DNA of 64,000 nt from an uncultured Methanosarcinaceae archaeon (GCA_963721455.1 CAVRJG010000051.1:54820-118819); one strand, 5' to 3'. Positions 10,121-21,915 are shown, counted from the stretch's first letter. The notes: generated from the sequence alone by a model not told the origin. Program-made: numbers and translations.

Positions 10121-11623
10121 ATGATTAAAAAATCAATTCATGAGATCAATAGAAAAATTGAAGACGGAAGCGTCAATGTAGTCACAGCCGAGGAAATGGT
10201 CTCAATTGTTGAAGACCTTGGCGCGGAAGGCGCTGCAAAAGAAGTAGATGTAGTTACTACAGGCACATTCGGAGCTATGTGTTCATCCGGTTTGATGCTT
10301 AACCTTGGCCATTCCGAGCCACCTATTAAAATTCAGAAGGTCTGGTTCAATAATGTGGAAGCATACAGCGGACTTGCAGCCGTGGATGCTTATCTTGGGG
10401 CTGCCCAGATTTCAGATACTCGGGGAATTCAGTATGGTGGGGCTCATGTTATTGAAGATCTGCTCAGGGGAAAAGAAATCAATGTTCACGCAACTTCATA
10501 TGGTACGGACTGTTATCCCAGAAAAGTGCTTGATACGACAATTACCCTTGAAGATCTGAATGAAGCAGTCCTTCTTAATCCCAGGAATGCCTACCAGAAA
10601 TATGCAGCTGCAACCAACAGTTCCAAGAGGATTTTAAATACCTATATGGGTGAACTTCTTCCCAATTTCGGAAACGTAACCTATTCCGGGGCAGGAGTGC
10701 TTTCTCCCCTCTCAAATGATCCAAATTATGAAACTATCGGTACCGGGACCAGAATTTTCCTTGGAGGGGCCCAGGGATACATTATAGGAAACGGAACTCA
10801 GCACTCCCCCTCTTCCGGTTTTGGCACCCTGATGCTCAAGGGAAACCTGAAGGAAATGAGCCCTGATTATTTAAGGGCTGCTTCCTTTAACGGATACGGG
10901 ACCACCCTTTACATGGGAGTTGGGATCCCTATCCCTATTCTCAATGAAAAACTGGCGGCTGCAACTGCAGTGCGTGATGAGGATATAACAACCAATATCC
11001 TGGATTATGCCGTGGGCAGCCGGGAAAAACCGGTTATCAGACCGGTAAACTATGCTGAACTCAAATCAGGCCTGGTGAAAATTGACGGAAAGGATGTGCC
11101 TACTTCTTCTCTTTCCAGCTTCAAGAACGCAAGAAAAATAGCCAATGAGTTAAAGGAATGGGTGAAGCACAGAAAATTCTTTGTCAGCATGCCCGTGGAA
11201 AGACTTCTTGGAGAGGGTCTGGCCAAACCCATGAAGCAGACCCAGGCTGTACCTCTTGTAAAGGATGTGATGTCCGACTTTATTGTGACCATTAAAAAAG
11301 ACCAGACCGTTCAGGACGCTGCAAAGAAGATCTGGGAAAATTCTTTTAATCATCTGGCTGTGGTTTCTGATGCCGGTGAACTGGTTGGAATCCTGACCGC
11401 CTGGGATATCTCCAAAGCTGTTGCAGAAAACAGTTTTGATTCAGTTGAAAGTATTATGACGAAAAGGGTGCTGACCTGTGCTCCGAACGAACCGGTCGAT
11501 CTTGCAGCCCGCAGACTGGACCGCTATGGTGTGTCTGCTATGCCGGTAATCGATCCTCAGAGACGGGTTCTGGGAATAATAACAAGCGACAATATAAGCA
11601 AGCTCTTTGCAAGGAGGTGCTGA
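10121..11623 (+). CDS. L-aspartate semialdehyde sulfurtransferase (DUF39 + CBS; MA1821-type homocysteine biosynthesis)
   Basis: VDVVTTGTFGAMCSSG, TDCYPR, C-terminal CBS pair, coupled to a NIL-ferredoxin. Confidence 0.92.
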   Translation: MIKKSIHEINRKIEDGSVNVVTAEEMVSIVEDLGAEGAAKEVDVVTTGTFGAMCSSGLMLNLGHSEPPIKIQKVWFNNVEAYSGLAAVDAYLGAAQISDTRGIQYGGAHVIEDLLRGKEINVHATSYGTDCYPRKVLDTTITLEDLNEAVLLNPRNAYQKYAAATNSSKRILNTYMGELLPNFGNVTYSGAGVLSPLSNDPNYETIGTGTRIFLGGAQGYIIGNGTQHSPSSGFGTLMLKGNLKEMSPDYLRAASFNGYGTTLYMGVGIPIPILNEKLAAATAVRDEDITTNILDYAVGSREKPVIRPVNYAELKSGLVKIDGKDVPTSSLSSFKNARKIANELKEWVKHRKFFVSMPVERLLGEGLAKPMKQTQAVPLVKDVMSDFIVTIKKDQTVQDAAKKIWENSFNHLAVVSDAGELVGILTAWDISKAVAENSFDSVESIMTKRVLTCAPNEPVDLAARRLDRYGVSAMPVIDPQRRVLGIITSDNISKLFARRC

Positions 11624-11625
11624 AT

Positions 11626-12012
11626 ATGAAAATAAAGATCAGCATCCCTACAGAAAGGATCCATAACCCGATTATTTCCGAGTCCATAGTCGAAACCGGA
11701 ATTCTGATTAATATAATGGTCGCAAATATCGACTCGACTTACGGCGAACTGATTGCGGACGTAAACGATTTACGGTTCGATAGGATAAAAAACGCCCTTG
11801 AATCCAGGGGAGCGATAGTTTCCATTCTGGATCGGCCAATTCACAGGGATGAGGAAGAATGTGTAGATTGCGGGGCCTGTATTTCGGTCTGCCCTATGAA
11901 TGTTTATTCTTTTGATGAAGCCTGGAGTGTCCATGTGGATGAAAAGAAGTGCATCCAATGCGGCGTGTGCATTAAGATGTGCCCGCATGGCGCCTTGAAA
12001 CTGGGAGAATGA
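11626..12012 (+). CDS. NIL domain-2x[4Fe-4S] ferredoxin (MA1822-type partner)
   Basis: NIL-like N-terminus; two CxxCxxCxxxCP motifs. Confidence 0.9.
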   Translation: MKIKISIPTERIHNPIISESIVETGILINIMVANIDSTYGELIADVNDLRFDRIKNALESRGAIVSILDRPIHRDEEECVDCGACISVCPMNVYSFDEAWSVHVDEKKCIQCGVCIKMCPHGALKLGE

Positions 12013-12437
12013 AGAGAGGAAAGGAAGATTAAGCCACAAAATCTTTCCTTGACAATTTTTTTGTTTTTTTGTTTTTTTCGTTACGCTTTCTCCCTATTTT
12101 TTTCTTCTTTTCGATCTCTTCCTGGCACTTTTTGTTCTCTTAAAGTATGTATAGAGGTTTAGTTATGGATACTGATTTCTATTTAGAAACTCTCATTACT
12201 TATACTTTGAATCAAATAATTCTAAAGTACAATAAGAGAATAAGCATTAAAGGAGGGGTGCTGTCAGAACTGAACATTCGCAGGTTCTCAAGCAGCTTCT
12301 CTAATATTTCCGCGTTGGTCTCTGCTCCCTATTCTTTTCTTCCATTGTAAGGGGCAAAGTAACCCGAAATTTTATCTCTACAAAGAAATAGAAAATTGCA
12401 AAATAATCATTAAAATCCTTAAAAAGTGGGGTAAGTT

Positions 12438-13259
12438 ATGAAGATTCTTGTACTCTATTCAGGCGAACTTGGGAAAAAAGTGATCCAGAACCTGATTAAC
12501 TCGAGCAATTTCTGCGTGTCCTGCGGAGAGCTCTGCAACCACTGCAGGCAGGCCAGGAAGTCATACGCAAACTTGATTGTGGGAATTCATGAATTTCCCG
12601 GAGACCTGCCCCCATTTATAGAAGAGCCCGGACAGTACATGCCTACCAAGCTGCCGGAATGTGACCTGATACTGGCTATCGGCATCCATCCCGACCTCCT
12701 TGCAGCCCTTCCGGATGTCGCGCAGAATACGAAGGCAAAAGCCGTAATTGCCCCTGTTGAAGACTCGAAGAAAACCCCTGCAGGCGTCCTTGAGCAGCTT
12801 CGAAAAGAGCTTGAGGCCGTTGGAGTTGAGTTTGAGGCACCAAAGCCCTTCTGCGCTCTTGAAAAAACCGGACAGCCCGTTATAGATGCTTTCGTTGATC
12901 TCGGCTTCGGAAGGCCTGTGCTCAGGATCGAAATGAGCCCTGATGGGAAGATGTTTATCGGGGCAGGCGTAGTCAGGGATGCCCCCTGCGGTTCCACATG
13001 GTTTGTGGCAAAAAAGCTCGGCTGGACTGATGTTCCAGGATACAAGGAAACCATTTCAGGAGCCCATCACTCTTATCCCTGCACAGCCAGCATGGACAAA
13101 GACCCCCAGCTCGGAGATACTATCCTGCACAAGGCCGGGTATATCATCAGGGAAGCTGTTGAAGACGGAATGGAGTGTGCAGAAAAGGAAAAGTCCAGAC
13201 TGTCCCGAATTGCGCCTCGGGAGTACACTGACCTTTTCGCTTCCGCTCAAGAGGGCTAA
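12438..13259 (+). CDS. DUF166 family protein
   Basis: PKPFCAL, RDAPCGST, HHSYPCTASM, ILHKAG motifs. Confidence 0.75.
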   Translation: MKILVLYSGELGKKVIQNLINSSNFCVSCGELCNHCRQARKSYANLIVGIHEFPGDLPPFIEEPGQYMPTKLPECDLILAIGIHPDLLAALPDVAQNTKAKAVIAPVEDSKKTPAGVLEQLRKELEAVGVEFEAPKPFCALEKTGQPVIDAFVDLGFGRPVLRIEMSPDGKMFIGAGVVRDAPCGSTWFVAKKLGWTDVPGYKETISGAHHSYPCTASMDKDPQLGDTILHKAGYIIREAVEDGMECAEKEKSRLSRIAPREYTDLFASAQEG

Positions 13260-13402
13260 TATTACAAAGTTACAGCCTTCCTATACCCTTTTTTTCCGTG
13301 GTTATGGATTTTGGGGTGAGTTTCCCCTGCACGTCGGGGTTTTCCGCATTACTGAATCATAAATTGAGTTAAGTGCAGATATTTACATTCAAAACTGTAT
13401 TT

Positions 13403-14095
13403 TCAGGCCTGCGCCTGGAAGTAAACTTCTTCATAAGGTTGGATCACCACAAATCCTTCTCCTTTGAAAGCCATCTGGATGGACTCTCCACTGCTTCTTC
13501 CAACCAGGGTTTTCAGGGAGATGTCTGTTTTTATCTCAGGCTCCAGGTTTCCTGACCAGGCAACTGTAGCATTTGGGTCGGTGAAGACCGGGTGTCCTGC
13601 GCTTACCTGGAGAGTTAGGGGGTCATGGTGAGTTGTGACTGCAACCATGCCTGTCCCTTCAAGTTTCACGTTGAAAAGCCCTCCTGCCATCATACCGGCA
13701 ACCTTTCTAAGCAGCCTGATATCCCAGTTTATAGAGTTCTCAAAGGTGAGGAGATCGTTGCCGTTTACAAAAATAGATTCATTTTCAAGTTTCAGGACAG
13801 AAACCTTCTTTCCTCCGTCTGCGAGATAGAGTTTTCCTTTACCTTCGGCTTTTGTGAGGCTGACTCCTTCTCCTGTAAGAGATTTTTTCACGAGTTTGCC
13901 AATCCCATGCTCAAAAATCCCTTCCCGTGTAAACATTATGTCCCCTGTGTACGCGACCATTGAGCCTCTTTTTGTCCAGACCATACCGTCAAGGTTTACC
14001 TCAAGCAGGCGGTCGCGTTCCAGTTCAAAAACTCCCTGATTAAGATCCCTTTCTCCTGTGCTTTGAATAAAATCTTTTATTGAATAACGTTCCAT
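13403..14095 (-). CDS. AIM24 family protein
   Basis: GSMVAY, TGEG, VAWSG, SGESIQMAFKGEGFVVIQP. Confidence 0.88.
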   Translation of the reverse strand: MERYSIKDFIQSTGERDLNQGVFELERDRLLEVNLDGMVWTKRGSMVAYTGDIMFTREGIFEHGIGKLVKKSLTGEGVSLTKAEGKGKLYLADGGKKVSVLKLENESIFVNGNDLLTFENSINWDIRLLRKVAGMMAGGLFNVKLEGTGMVAVTTHHDPLTLQVSAGHPVFTDPNATVAWSGNLEPEIKTDISLKTLVGRSSGESIQMAFKGEGFVVIQPYEEVYFQAQA

Positions 14096-14567
14096 TTTAC
14101 CATCCCTTTTTGCGTTTTATTTTTTAAGACTGTTTAAATGTTATTGTTTATACTGGAATATAAAGTGCTCTCATATTTTTGGCTATCTTATCGAGCTGAG
14201 AATAGAGGTGTGCCGGGCATACCTGCCGTTTACATTAAGCAAGCTGTGTCTTAACAGAACTGATGTTTCTAAAATGCCATTTTGAGAAAACGGCTAACTC
14301 AGAGTTAATGAGCGTATCAAATAATTCAAAATTCACTCCCCTGAATCTCGCCTTTTGAATAACCAGGCAAGTTTCCAATAATGAAAGCAAGACAGATAAT
14401 ATCAGTAAACTCTGGTTCTTGTCCTCATTTCCCCATTAGATTTATAAATATTTGCCTTAATATATAATATCGGTTACATGTTAATGGGCCGCCCGTATTA
14501 TTGTTTTTACGTTATTCGTTAGCGTCAATAATAACGTACAGGTTAAAGCAAGCTAGAGGGACTAATC

Positions 14568-15533
14568 ATGAATCAAACCATTAACTTACTCGAACCAACG
14601 ACAAGAGCATTTTTGGAAAAAATAAACAAGCAGGATGGAACGCCAATTTACGAACTCTCACCGAAAGACGCCCGTAATGTTCTTTCCGGTTTGCAGGCTG
14701 CTGAGGTAGCAAAACTAACTGCAGACATTGACGATCTCAACATTCCAGTCGGTCCTGAGGGACAGGTTTCGATTCGAATAATCAGGCCAAAAGGAAACAG
14801 GGAGATATTGCCAGTCGTGATGTACTTTCACGGCGGCGGCTGGGTGCTAGGCGGAAAAGATACGCATGATCGGCTGGTTCGGGAAATCGCCAATGGAGCC
14901 AACGCCGCGGTTGTGTTTGTCAATTTCACGCCGTCTCCAGAGGCGAAATATCCGATACCGATCGAAGAGGCATACGCTGCGACAAAATATATTGCAGAGA
15001 ACGGAAAAAATTACAGCCTGGATACTTCAAGGTTCGCAGTGGCTGGCGACAGCGTAGGCGGAAACATGGCAGCAGCCGTTATACTGCTAGCAAAGGAGCG
15101 GGGTGGCCCGAGAATTGACTACCAGGTGCTTTTTTATCCTGTTACTGATGCTAATTTCGATACCAAATCGTATCAGCAGTATGCAACCGATATATGGCTC
15201 ACCCGCGAAGCGATGAAGTGGTTCTGGGATAACTATTTGCCCGATGAAGAAACGCGCAGGCAGCCGACAGCATCCCCTCTACAGGCACCGATTGATCAAC
15301 TCAAGGGACAGCCACCGGCTCTTGTGATCACTGATGAAAATGACGTGCTTCGTGACGAGGGTGAAGCGTATGCTCATAAGCTGATTCAGGCCGGTGTCAC
15401 TGTTACAGCTGTTCGATACCTGGGAACTATACACGATTTCGTGATGCTAAACGAACTTGCGAACACACCTGCGACTCGCAGCGCAATCAACCTGGCGAAT
15501 GATAATCTCAGGAAGGCTTTTGCCAGGTCGTAA
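14568..15533 (+). CDS. alpha/beta hydrolase, HSL-family esterase
   Basis: HGGGW, GDSVGG, DVLRDEG, HDF. Confidence 0.93.
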   Translation: MNQTINLLEPTTRAFLEKINKQDGTPIYELSPKDARNVLSGLQAAEVAKLTADIDDLNIPVGPEGQVSIRIIRPKGNREILPVVMYFHGGGWVLGGKDTHDRLVREIANGANAAVVFVNFTPSPEAKYPIPIEEAYAATKYIAENGKNYSLDTSRFAVAGDSVGGNMAAAVILLAKERGGPRIDYQVLFYPVTDANFDTKSYQQYATDIWLTREAMKWFWDNYLPDEETRRQPTASPLQAPIDQLKGQPPALVITDENDVLRDEGEAYAHKLIQAGVTVTAVRYLGTIHDFVMLNELANTPATRSAINLANDNLRKAFARS

Positions 15534-15905
15534 TCAGGCGGCTGCCCCCTGAATAAATTAGAGTTCATCTACGGTCTTTCAGCCGGTGCTATTGACTTCC
15601 CCATAGCAACTGTTTATTGGCTTCGAGAAAAGCATTAGCTATTGCTTTCTCAATTGGTTCACCGAATTTTGAGAGGCTTTCCATACTGTCCCGCCGCTTT
15701 AGGAGCTGCCATGCTCGGATATTCCACTATTATTAAAAAATCGAATACCTTCTATTGATGTCTTTTATTACTCTCAGTAATGCCAGATAATCTAATGCAC
15801 ATAATACCTGAGATAAGTTTGTGCACAACATAAGTATATATGAAGTATGTGTCACAATTGTAAAATATGCAATATCGTCTTCAACTTTAGTTTTAGAGGT
15901 GAACC

Positions 15906-16268
15906 ATGAAGCCAAAGATTGATTCTACGAGTTTTGGTTCGATTACTGTAGATGGAGAGACCTTTGACTATGACATTCTAATCCGCCTTAACGGGCAGGT
16001 CGAGAAAAGGGAGAAAGCACTATCAAAGGAACTGTACGGAACTTCTCATAAAATCTCACTTGAGGAAGCAAAGCACATCTATGAGGAAGGGACAGAAAAA
16101 ATTATTATAGGAACCGGGCAGACAGGTTTTGTGAAACTGTCTGAGGAAGCTGAAGATTTTTTCACGGGAAAAAAGTGTGGAATAGAACTGTTTCCGACGC
16201 CGTGGGCAATTGAACGCTGGAACGAACTTGAAGGCAGGATCACTGCAATGTTCCATGTAACATGTTAA
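15906..16268 (+). CDS. Mth938-like (DUF498) protein
   Basis: FGSITVDG, IIGTGQ, C-terminal HVTC. Confidence 0.85.
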   Translation: MKPKIDSTSFGSITVDGETFDYDILIRLNGQVEKREKALSKELYGTSHKISLEEAKHIYEEGTEKIIIGTGQTGFVKLSEEAEDFFTGKKCGIELFPTPWAIERWNELEGRITAMFHVTC

Positions 16269-16330
16269 TAAAATGGAGATAAGGTGGTCAGGCAGGTAAA
16301 GGCATGTTATTCAAAAGATAATTGGCTCTG

Positions 16331-17224
16331 CTAATATAGCCCTTCCGCATCGCGCCCTTCTTCCAGTGCTGTTATATTTTGTTCGATTGTGTGTTTTCCA
16401 CTTTCTTTTGGTTTAATTTCTTTTATATTTATATCCATCTGTGGGAACGGAATTTCAATTCCTTCTCTCGTGTAAGCCTCAAATACGCCTGCTATCAGAT
16501 TACTCTTTACAGTTCCCACATCCCCTGTCTTTGTCCATGCCCTGAGCTGCAAATTTATAGACGAATTCGCAAGTTCGGTAGTGACTACTGAAGGCTCAGG
16601 TTCGGGGAGGATAAGAGGGTGCCCTTTCATGAGGCCAAGTGATATTCCGATGGCTTTTTCAAAGTCTGAAGAATAACTTATTCCTACATCCACAGAAACT
16701 CTCCTGGTGGGCATACGTGTCATATTAACAATAGAATTTCCCCAGACAAGCTTATTCGGGATTGTTATAAGCTGGTTGTCAGGGGTCAGGAGTTCAGTTG
16801 ACATGATTCCTACGGTTTTTACTTTTCCTGTCTGTCCGTTTATGGTTACACTCTCTCCCATATCGATAGGCCTTATTGCCGCAATACATACCCCAGCAGT
16901 CAGGTTTGTAAGGGTATCCTGCATGCCGAGGCCCAGTACAAGACCTATTGCTGCAGATACTCCTACTATATAACCATCCACATCAAAATTCAAACTCTTC
17001 AAGAAGGTCAGGATCACAATTACATAAAGGAAAATACCCAGAAAATGGGCGAGAAACTGAATGGTAAGGTCTGGAATCTTTGTTTTCTGTATCCCTCTTC
17101 TGAAAGCATGAACTATATATTTTGATAAAACGAACCCCAGGACCAGCACTACAGTTGCGAAAATCAGTCTGGATACTGTTATCTCAGTATACGGAATTAC
17201 CTGTTCCATTATTTCGTAACTCAT
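16331..17224 (-). CDS. mscS: small-conductance mechanosensitive channel
   Basis: Three TM helices, GLGMQDTLTN, ITIPN, GIEIPFPQ. Confidence 0.9.
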   Translation of the reverse strand: MSYEIMEQVIPYTEITVSRLIFATVVLVLGFVLSKYIVHAFRRGIQKTKIPDLTIQFLAHFLGIFLYVIVILTFLKSLNFDVDGYIVGVSAAIGLVLGLGMQDTLTNLTAGVCIAAIRPIDMGESVTINGQTGKVKTVGIMSTELLTPDNQLITIPNKLVWGNSIVNMTRMPTRRVSVDVGISYSSDFEKAIGISLGLMKGHPLILPEPEPSVVTTELANSSINLQLRAWTKTGDVGTVKSNLIAGVFEAYTREGIEIPFPQMDINIKEIKPKESGKHTIEQNITALEEGRDAEGLY

Positions 17225-17522
17225 TTTTACCCTCCTCACTTTTTGTCTCTTTGTGTGGAGAAGATCAAAAACGATTTCATGCCGCTTTCCAGTACAATTT
17301 ATAAAGTAAGATGCAGAATTCTATTAGTCAGATTTGCCGTCAGTATAATATGCATTAATTTCTTTTATAAGTATCTGGTCGATGCCGTCTTTCTTTTATC
17401 CTGTTTTCTTAATCAGGAATAGTCTTTCATAGAAAAAGTCTTTCATAGGACAAGGTTCAACATATACAGGGATTAAAGAAATACATTTCAAATAGTTTCA
17501 TCAAATTCAGGGAAGGTCCAGG

Positions 17523-18800
17523 TTGAAGTGGATTAAAAAGTTCTTCGGAAAAAAAGAAGGTTCCAGTGAGGAAACTGTCTTCAAAGAGATCGATTTTGAA
17601 GACCTGCCCGCGTGGCTGGATGACAGCTTCCAAAAAATATCTTCCGGAATAGAAAAGGACGTCTCCGGCCTTTTGAGGGAACTTGAGGCTTCGCTTTCGG
17701 AACTCAAAAAAAGCAATTCCAGGCTCGCAGAAGCGAAAGTAGAGGGAGACTTTGATATCAGGGCTGTAAAGCGAGCGAAGAGCAATAGGGAAAACGTGAC
17801 AAAACAGGTCACGATGCTGATAGATAAAATCAGGGTGCAGGAAAACACAGACTTCAGGGCTCTGAGGGAGTTTTATGAGGCAGCCGCGCAGAATCTCGAT
17901 ACCTGCCTTGAGAATATGAACCGGAGTTTCAGGTATACCAGAGGTGTTTTTCCTCAGGAATCAAAAGAGGTTAGTGATAGCCTTGCCAGTTTAGGTCATG
18001 TCTTCAATGAGCTCAGAGAAACAATTCTGGAAAATAAAAAGGAAATGGATGGCATTGAAGCAGCTTCTTCAGATACGGACAAAATAAAGGAGCTTTCGGC
18101 TTCAATAGTAGCAGAAAAGCTGGAACTTGAATCTCGAAACCGAAAAATCCAGGCTTTGAAAGAGGAAACTTCCAGAGCCAGTCAGGCTCTCGAAGATTTC
18201 AGAAAAGGGGATGTCTGGCAGAGTTTACAGAGCCGGCAGGAAGAATTTGCTGCTGCCGGGGACAGGCTTAAGAAAGCCGAAGCAAGTTTGAGTTCTCTTG
18301 TCCTTCCGCTTTCAGGCCATTTCTCAAGGATTACAAAACTTCACGAAAGTGGCAGGTATACCTTAAAGCCGGAAGTAAAGAAGCAGCTTGACATTTGCCT
18401 TGAAAATCCCATACATGTCGATCCTTCTTTTTTCCCGGAACTTCAAAAGGTCTTTGAGGATAATGCTCTGGATATGCAGGCGCAGAAAAAGGAAAAAGCC
18501 CTGTCGCAGGTAAAAGCTGCAATTTCAAACTTTTCGGAGAGGAAAAAAGAGTATCTTGAAGTCCTGAAGGAATTCGAAGCAAAAAAAGCTGAAATCGCAG
18601 GCTTGGATACCGGAAAACTGGCCGGGCTCGAACATAAAGAAGCAGAACTTCTTAACAGGACTCGCTTGCTTGAAGAAGATATCGAAAATTCTGAAAAGAA
18701 GCTGGCCGTTTTAAGGGAAGAACTCGATGACAGGAAGGAAAAACTTCTCGCCAGTATCAATTTAGTCGACAGCAGTGTAAGAGTGAACTTCAGGCCTTAA
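17523..18800 (+). CDS. hypothetical coiled-coil protein
   Basis: 425-aa E/K/L-rich ORF with host-like codon usage. Confidence 0.75.
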   Translation: MKWIKKFFGKKEGSSEETVFKEIDFEDLPAWLDDSFQKISSGIEKDVSGLLRELEASLSELKKSNSRLAEAKVEGDFDIRAVKRAKSNRENVTKQVTMLIDKIRVQENTDFRALREFYEAAAQNLDTCLENMNRSFRYTRGVFPQESKEVSDSLASLGHVFNELRETILENKKEMDGIEAASSDTDKIKELSASIVAEKLELESRNRKIQALKEETSRASQALEDFRKGDVWQSLQSRQEEFAAAGDRLKKAEASLSSLVLPLSGHFSRITKLHESGRYTLKPEVKKQLDICLENPIHVDPSFFPELQKVFEDNALDMQAQKKEKALSQVKAAISNFSERKKEYLEVLKEFEAKKAEIAGLDTGKLAGLEHKEAELLNRTRLLEEDIENSEKKLAVLREELDDRKEKLLASINLVDSSVRVNFRP

Positions 18801-18972
18801 ATTTTTTAGTTTACATAACAGAATGAAGTGAGTTTTTCCTTGCCATCGGGGTTTTCATCAATTATAAAACCTGAGCTTGATTAAGTGTAAATTTATGTTC
18901 AAAACTGTATAGTTTATGTATCTGACAGTTTTAATTTCTCCTTAAATGAATTTTAAGAAAAGAGGTTTGGCA

Positions 18973-19704
18973 ATGACAGAAGCGCTCTACTTCCTTGACT
19001 GTTACCTTACAGAGTTCAAAGCAACTGTCGAAAAAGTGACGGATGGTAAATTTGTAGTTCTTGACCGTACAGCCTTTTATCCCGAAAGCGGAGGTCAACC
19101 AGGCGATACCGGAAAGTTAGTACGCGAATCCGATGGTGCTGAATTTGAGGTACTGTATGTGGGTAAGTTCAATGGAGAAATCAGCCATGAGATAGCTGGT
19201 GAAAATGTCTCTGCAGGATTAAAAGCAGGGGACAAAGTAAAAGGATTCATAGATTGGGATCGCCGCTACAGGCACATGCGTATGCATACAGCAACTCACG
19301 TAATCGCAAACGTAATTGAAAAAGAGGCAGGAGCCCAGATAACCGGAAACCAGCTCGGCCTTGATCAGAGCAGGGTGGATTTCAGCCTTGAGGTTTTTGA
19401 CAGGGACAGGTTCACTGAATATGAGAAAATCGCAAATACGGTGATAGCCCAGAATCGCCCTGTCAACCTCTATCTGGTCAGCCGTAAAGAAGCCGAAGAG
19501 AAGCTCTCAAGGCTTACCACCCTTGCCAAAGGTTTTTCCGAAGAGATAAGTCAAGTCCGCCTTGTTGAAATCGAAGGTGTGACAATCGAAGCATGCGGCG
19601 GGACCCACCTGAAGAATACAGGAGAGATAAAGGGTATCCGGATTGAGAAGCTTCAAAACAAAGGGAAAAGCAATAGGAGAATGTATTTTACACTTGTGGA
19701 TTAA
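18973..19704 (+). CDS. alaXM: alanyl-tRNA editing protein AlaX-M
   Basis: FYPESGGQPGD, HTATH and CGGTH zinc motifs. Confidence 0.93.
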   Translation: MTEALYFLDCYLTEFKATVEKVTDGKFVVLDRTAFYPESGGQPGDTGKLVRESDGAEFEVLYVGKFNGEISHEIAGENVSAGLKAGDKVKGFIDWDRRYRHMRMHTATHVIANVIEKEAGAQITGNQLGLDQSRVDFSLEVFDRDRFTEYEKIANTVIAQNRPVNLYLVSRKEAEEKLSRLTTLAKGFSEEISQVRLVEIEGVTIEACGGTHLKNTGEIKGIRIEKLQNKGKSNRRMYFTLVD

Positions 19705-19928
19705 GCTCGAAACCGAATTTGCATTTCTTTACTCTTTTTTTTCGATTCTTTTCTCCTTTTTCTTTATCTTTTCTTTATCTTTTCTTTTTCTGCCAGGGTT
19801 CAGGTCTCAAGAAGGCTTATTTCATAGGCAGGATGCATGAGATTGAAATGATGATTTTTAAGTCTGAATATGATTATTTAATATAATTTATAATTCTTAA
19901 ATTATATACGGATCAATGGGGGGTAAGA

Positions 19929-20927
19929 TTGCTTAAACTAGGATATAAAATTGCGCCTGAACAGTTTCCTCCGTCGGAGATGCTGCAACAGGCTATAACT
20001 GCTGAAAAAGCAGGCTTTGAAAGTCTTGATGCCAGTGACCATTTCCATCCATGGAGTGAAAGCGGACAGGCCTGTTTTATCTGGAGCTGGCTTGGTGCGG
20101 CGGCTGTGAGCACTCAGAGCATAGAACTGGGAACAGGGCTGACCTGCCCGATTCTGCGATATAACCCTGCTGTTATTGCCCAGGCTGCTGCAACAGTATC
20201 TTCGCTTGCCGGGGGGCGAACATACCTTGCCGTCGGAACAGGGGAAGCTTTAAATGAATATCCCGTAACCCTCGAATGGCCGGAATACGAGGAGCGCCAG
20301 ATACGGATGGTAGAGGCAATAGGACTCATTCGTGAGCTCTGGACAGGACAAAAGGTCAGTTTTGACGGGTGTTACTACCAAACAAAGAAAGCCAAATTAT
20401 ATACACTGCCAAAAAACGATATTCCGATCTATATCTCCTCTCTAGTACCTGAAAGTGCCTATATTGCAGGTTACTATGGAGACGGCCTTTTGACTGTAGG
20501 AGGGGAATCGGATATGCAGAAATATGAGCAGATTCTCTCCCAGTTCGAAAAAGGGGCTCAGGATTCAGGTAAGAGCACAGAAAACATGCCAAAGGCAATA
20601 GAGCTTTTTGTCGATTATGGGGTAGATCCTGAAGTATCTATTAAGAGTTTTATGGAATTCTGGGCAGGCGCTCTCATCCCTGCGCTTTTCGCGAATAAAA
20701 TATATACTCCCGAGATGTCTGCTCAGAACGGGAAAGTTGTGAGCCCGGAGGCAGTTCGAAAACATGTTTGCCTTTCCGAAAATCCTGAAGACCATATAAG
20801 TTTTGTGAAAAAATATATTGACTTGGGTTTCACACATATTTACTTCCATTCGGCAGCCCCGGACCAGATAGCTTTCCTCAAAGCTTACGGAAAAGATGTT
20901 TTACCCGCATTGAAAGAGATAGGATAA
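19929..20927 (+). CDS. F420-dependent LLM-class oxidoreductase (G6PDH-like family)
   Basis: PEQF, SDHFHPW, GTGEALNE. Confidence 0.9.
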   Translation: MLKLGYKIAPEQFPPSEMLQQAITAEKAGFESLDASDHFHPWSESGQACFIWSWLGAAAVSTQSIELGTGLTCPILRYNPAVIAQAAATVSSLAGGRTYLAVGTGEALNEYPVTLEWPEYEERQIRMVEAIGLIRELWTGQKVSFDGCYYQTKKAKLYTLPKNDIPIYISSLVPESAYIAGYYGDGLLTVGGESDMQKYEQILSQFEKGAQDSGKSTENMPKAIELFVDYGVDPEVSIKSFMEFWAGALIPALFANKIYTPEMSAQNGKVVSPEAVRKHVCLSENPEDHISFVKKYIDLGFTHIYFHSAAPDQIAFLKAYGKDVLPALKEIG

Positions 20928-21211
20928 ACTCTCTCTGTCTTTCAATTTTTATGAAAATATCTCTTTTAAAGTTTCTTTCGTGGAATGTATCATTGCCATA
21001 AAAATAAACCTCAATTATTCCCTTGAGCCCTCAGGTTCCTACTGTATCTGCTCTGTGAATGACATGAGTTCAGTTCTTAATGGTTTCTAATTTACTTTTA
21101 TTATCTGGGTGCAATAAATAACTTTTTCCATAAATGAATCCTCTAAAGGGCCTTTCTGTCTTTCAAAGTTACTTTATGTTTTGAAAAATAGATAATTCTG
21201 CGAATTTAAAA

Positions 21212-21582
21212 TTACCTAGCTTTTTCGTCATTCTCTCGGAGCCCAAAAGTGTTATTTTCTGTATCCGTACAAATTGCAAGATATCCCCAGCCTGGAACAA
21301 CGGTTTTTGGTATCAGTACTTTGCCTCCGAGTTTTTCAATTTTCGGAAGGAACTCATCCACTGAGCTGATACCTGTATAATTCACCATCCTCTGGTCTGC
21401 AGTTCCCCTTTTTCCAGGGCCTTCAACCATCCCGGATTTCCCTTCAAGGTCTAGGCCTCAACGAGATAGTATTCCATTGTTTCTACAGGCTCTTCAAACT
21501 TCCATCCGAACAGCCTGGCATAGAAAATCTTCACCAGCTCAGGATCATCTGCCGGGATATCAAAATGAACAATCGTTGGCAA
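21212..21582 (-). pseudogene. VOC/glyoxalase family protein, frameshifted near 21455
   Basis: N-half (L)PTIVHFDIPADDP..FYARLFGWKF and C-half GGKVLIPKTVVPGWGYLAICTDTENNTFGL lie in different frames. Confidence 0.8.
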
Positions 21583-21915
21583 TTTATTCCCCATCAATAC
21601 TTTTGCATGATTTAGTTCTTAAGGTCGCGGAAGATTTTTAAGAGTATTCCAGTTTAGAATCCGCAAGAAGACAGGTTTAGTATCGATTATTAACACTTCC
21701 TGCCGGATAAGTCGAAATTGAAAGCCAGATCATCTGTCTAATACTAACCATGTAAACTTATTCTGTATACATTTATATATTCCAGGAAATATTTCTTTTA
21801 TTATGCAGAACCACAGAGAATAAGGATTACTTTTCAGGCCTTTATTTTTCAGATATTTTAACTCTGGTTAGTTAGTCGGGCTCAGGTACGTGTAAGGTCA
21901 TGAAAGAGTGATTTC

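Noticed and set aside
21445-21465. TAG in the VOC gene as pyrrolysine read-through
   Set aside because: The downstream homologous sequence is in another frame, so read-through would not restore the protein.
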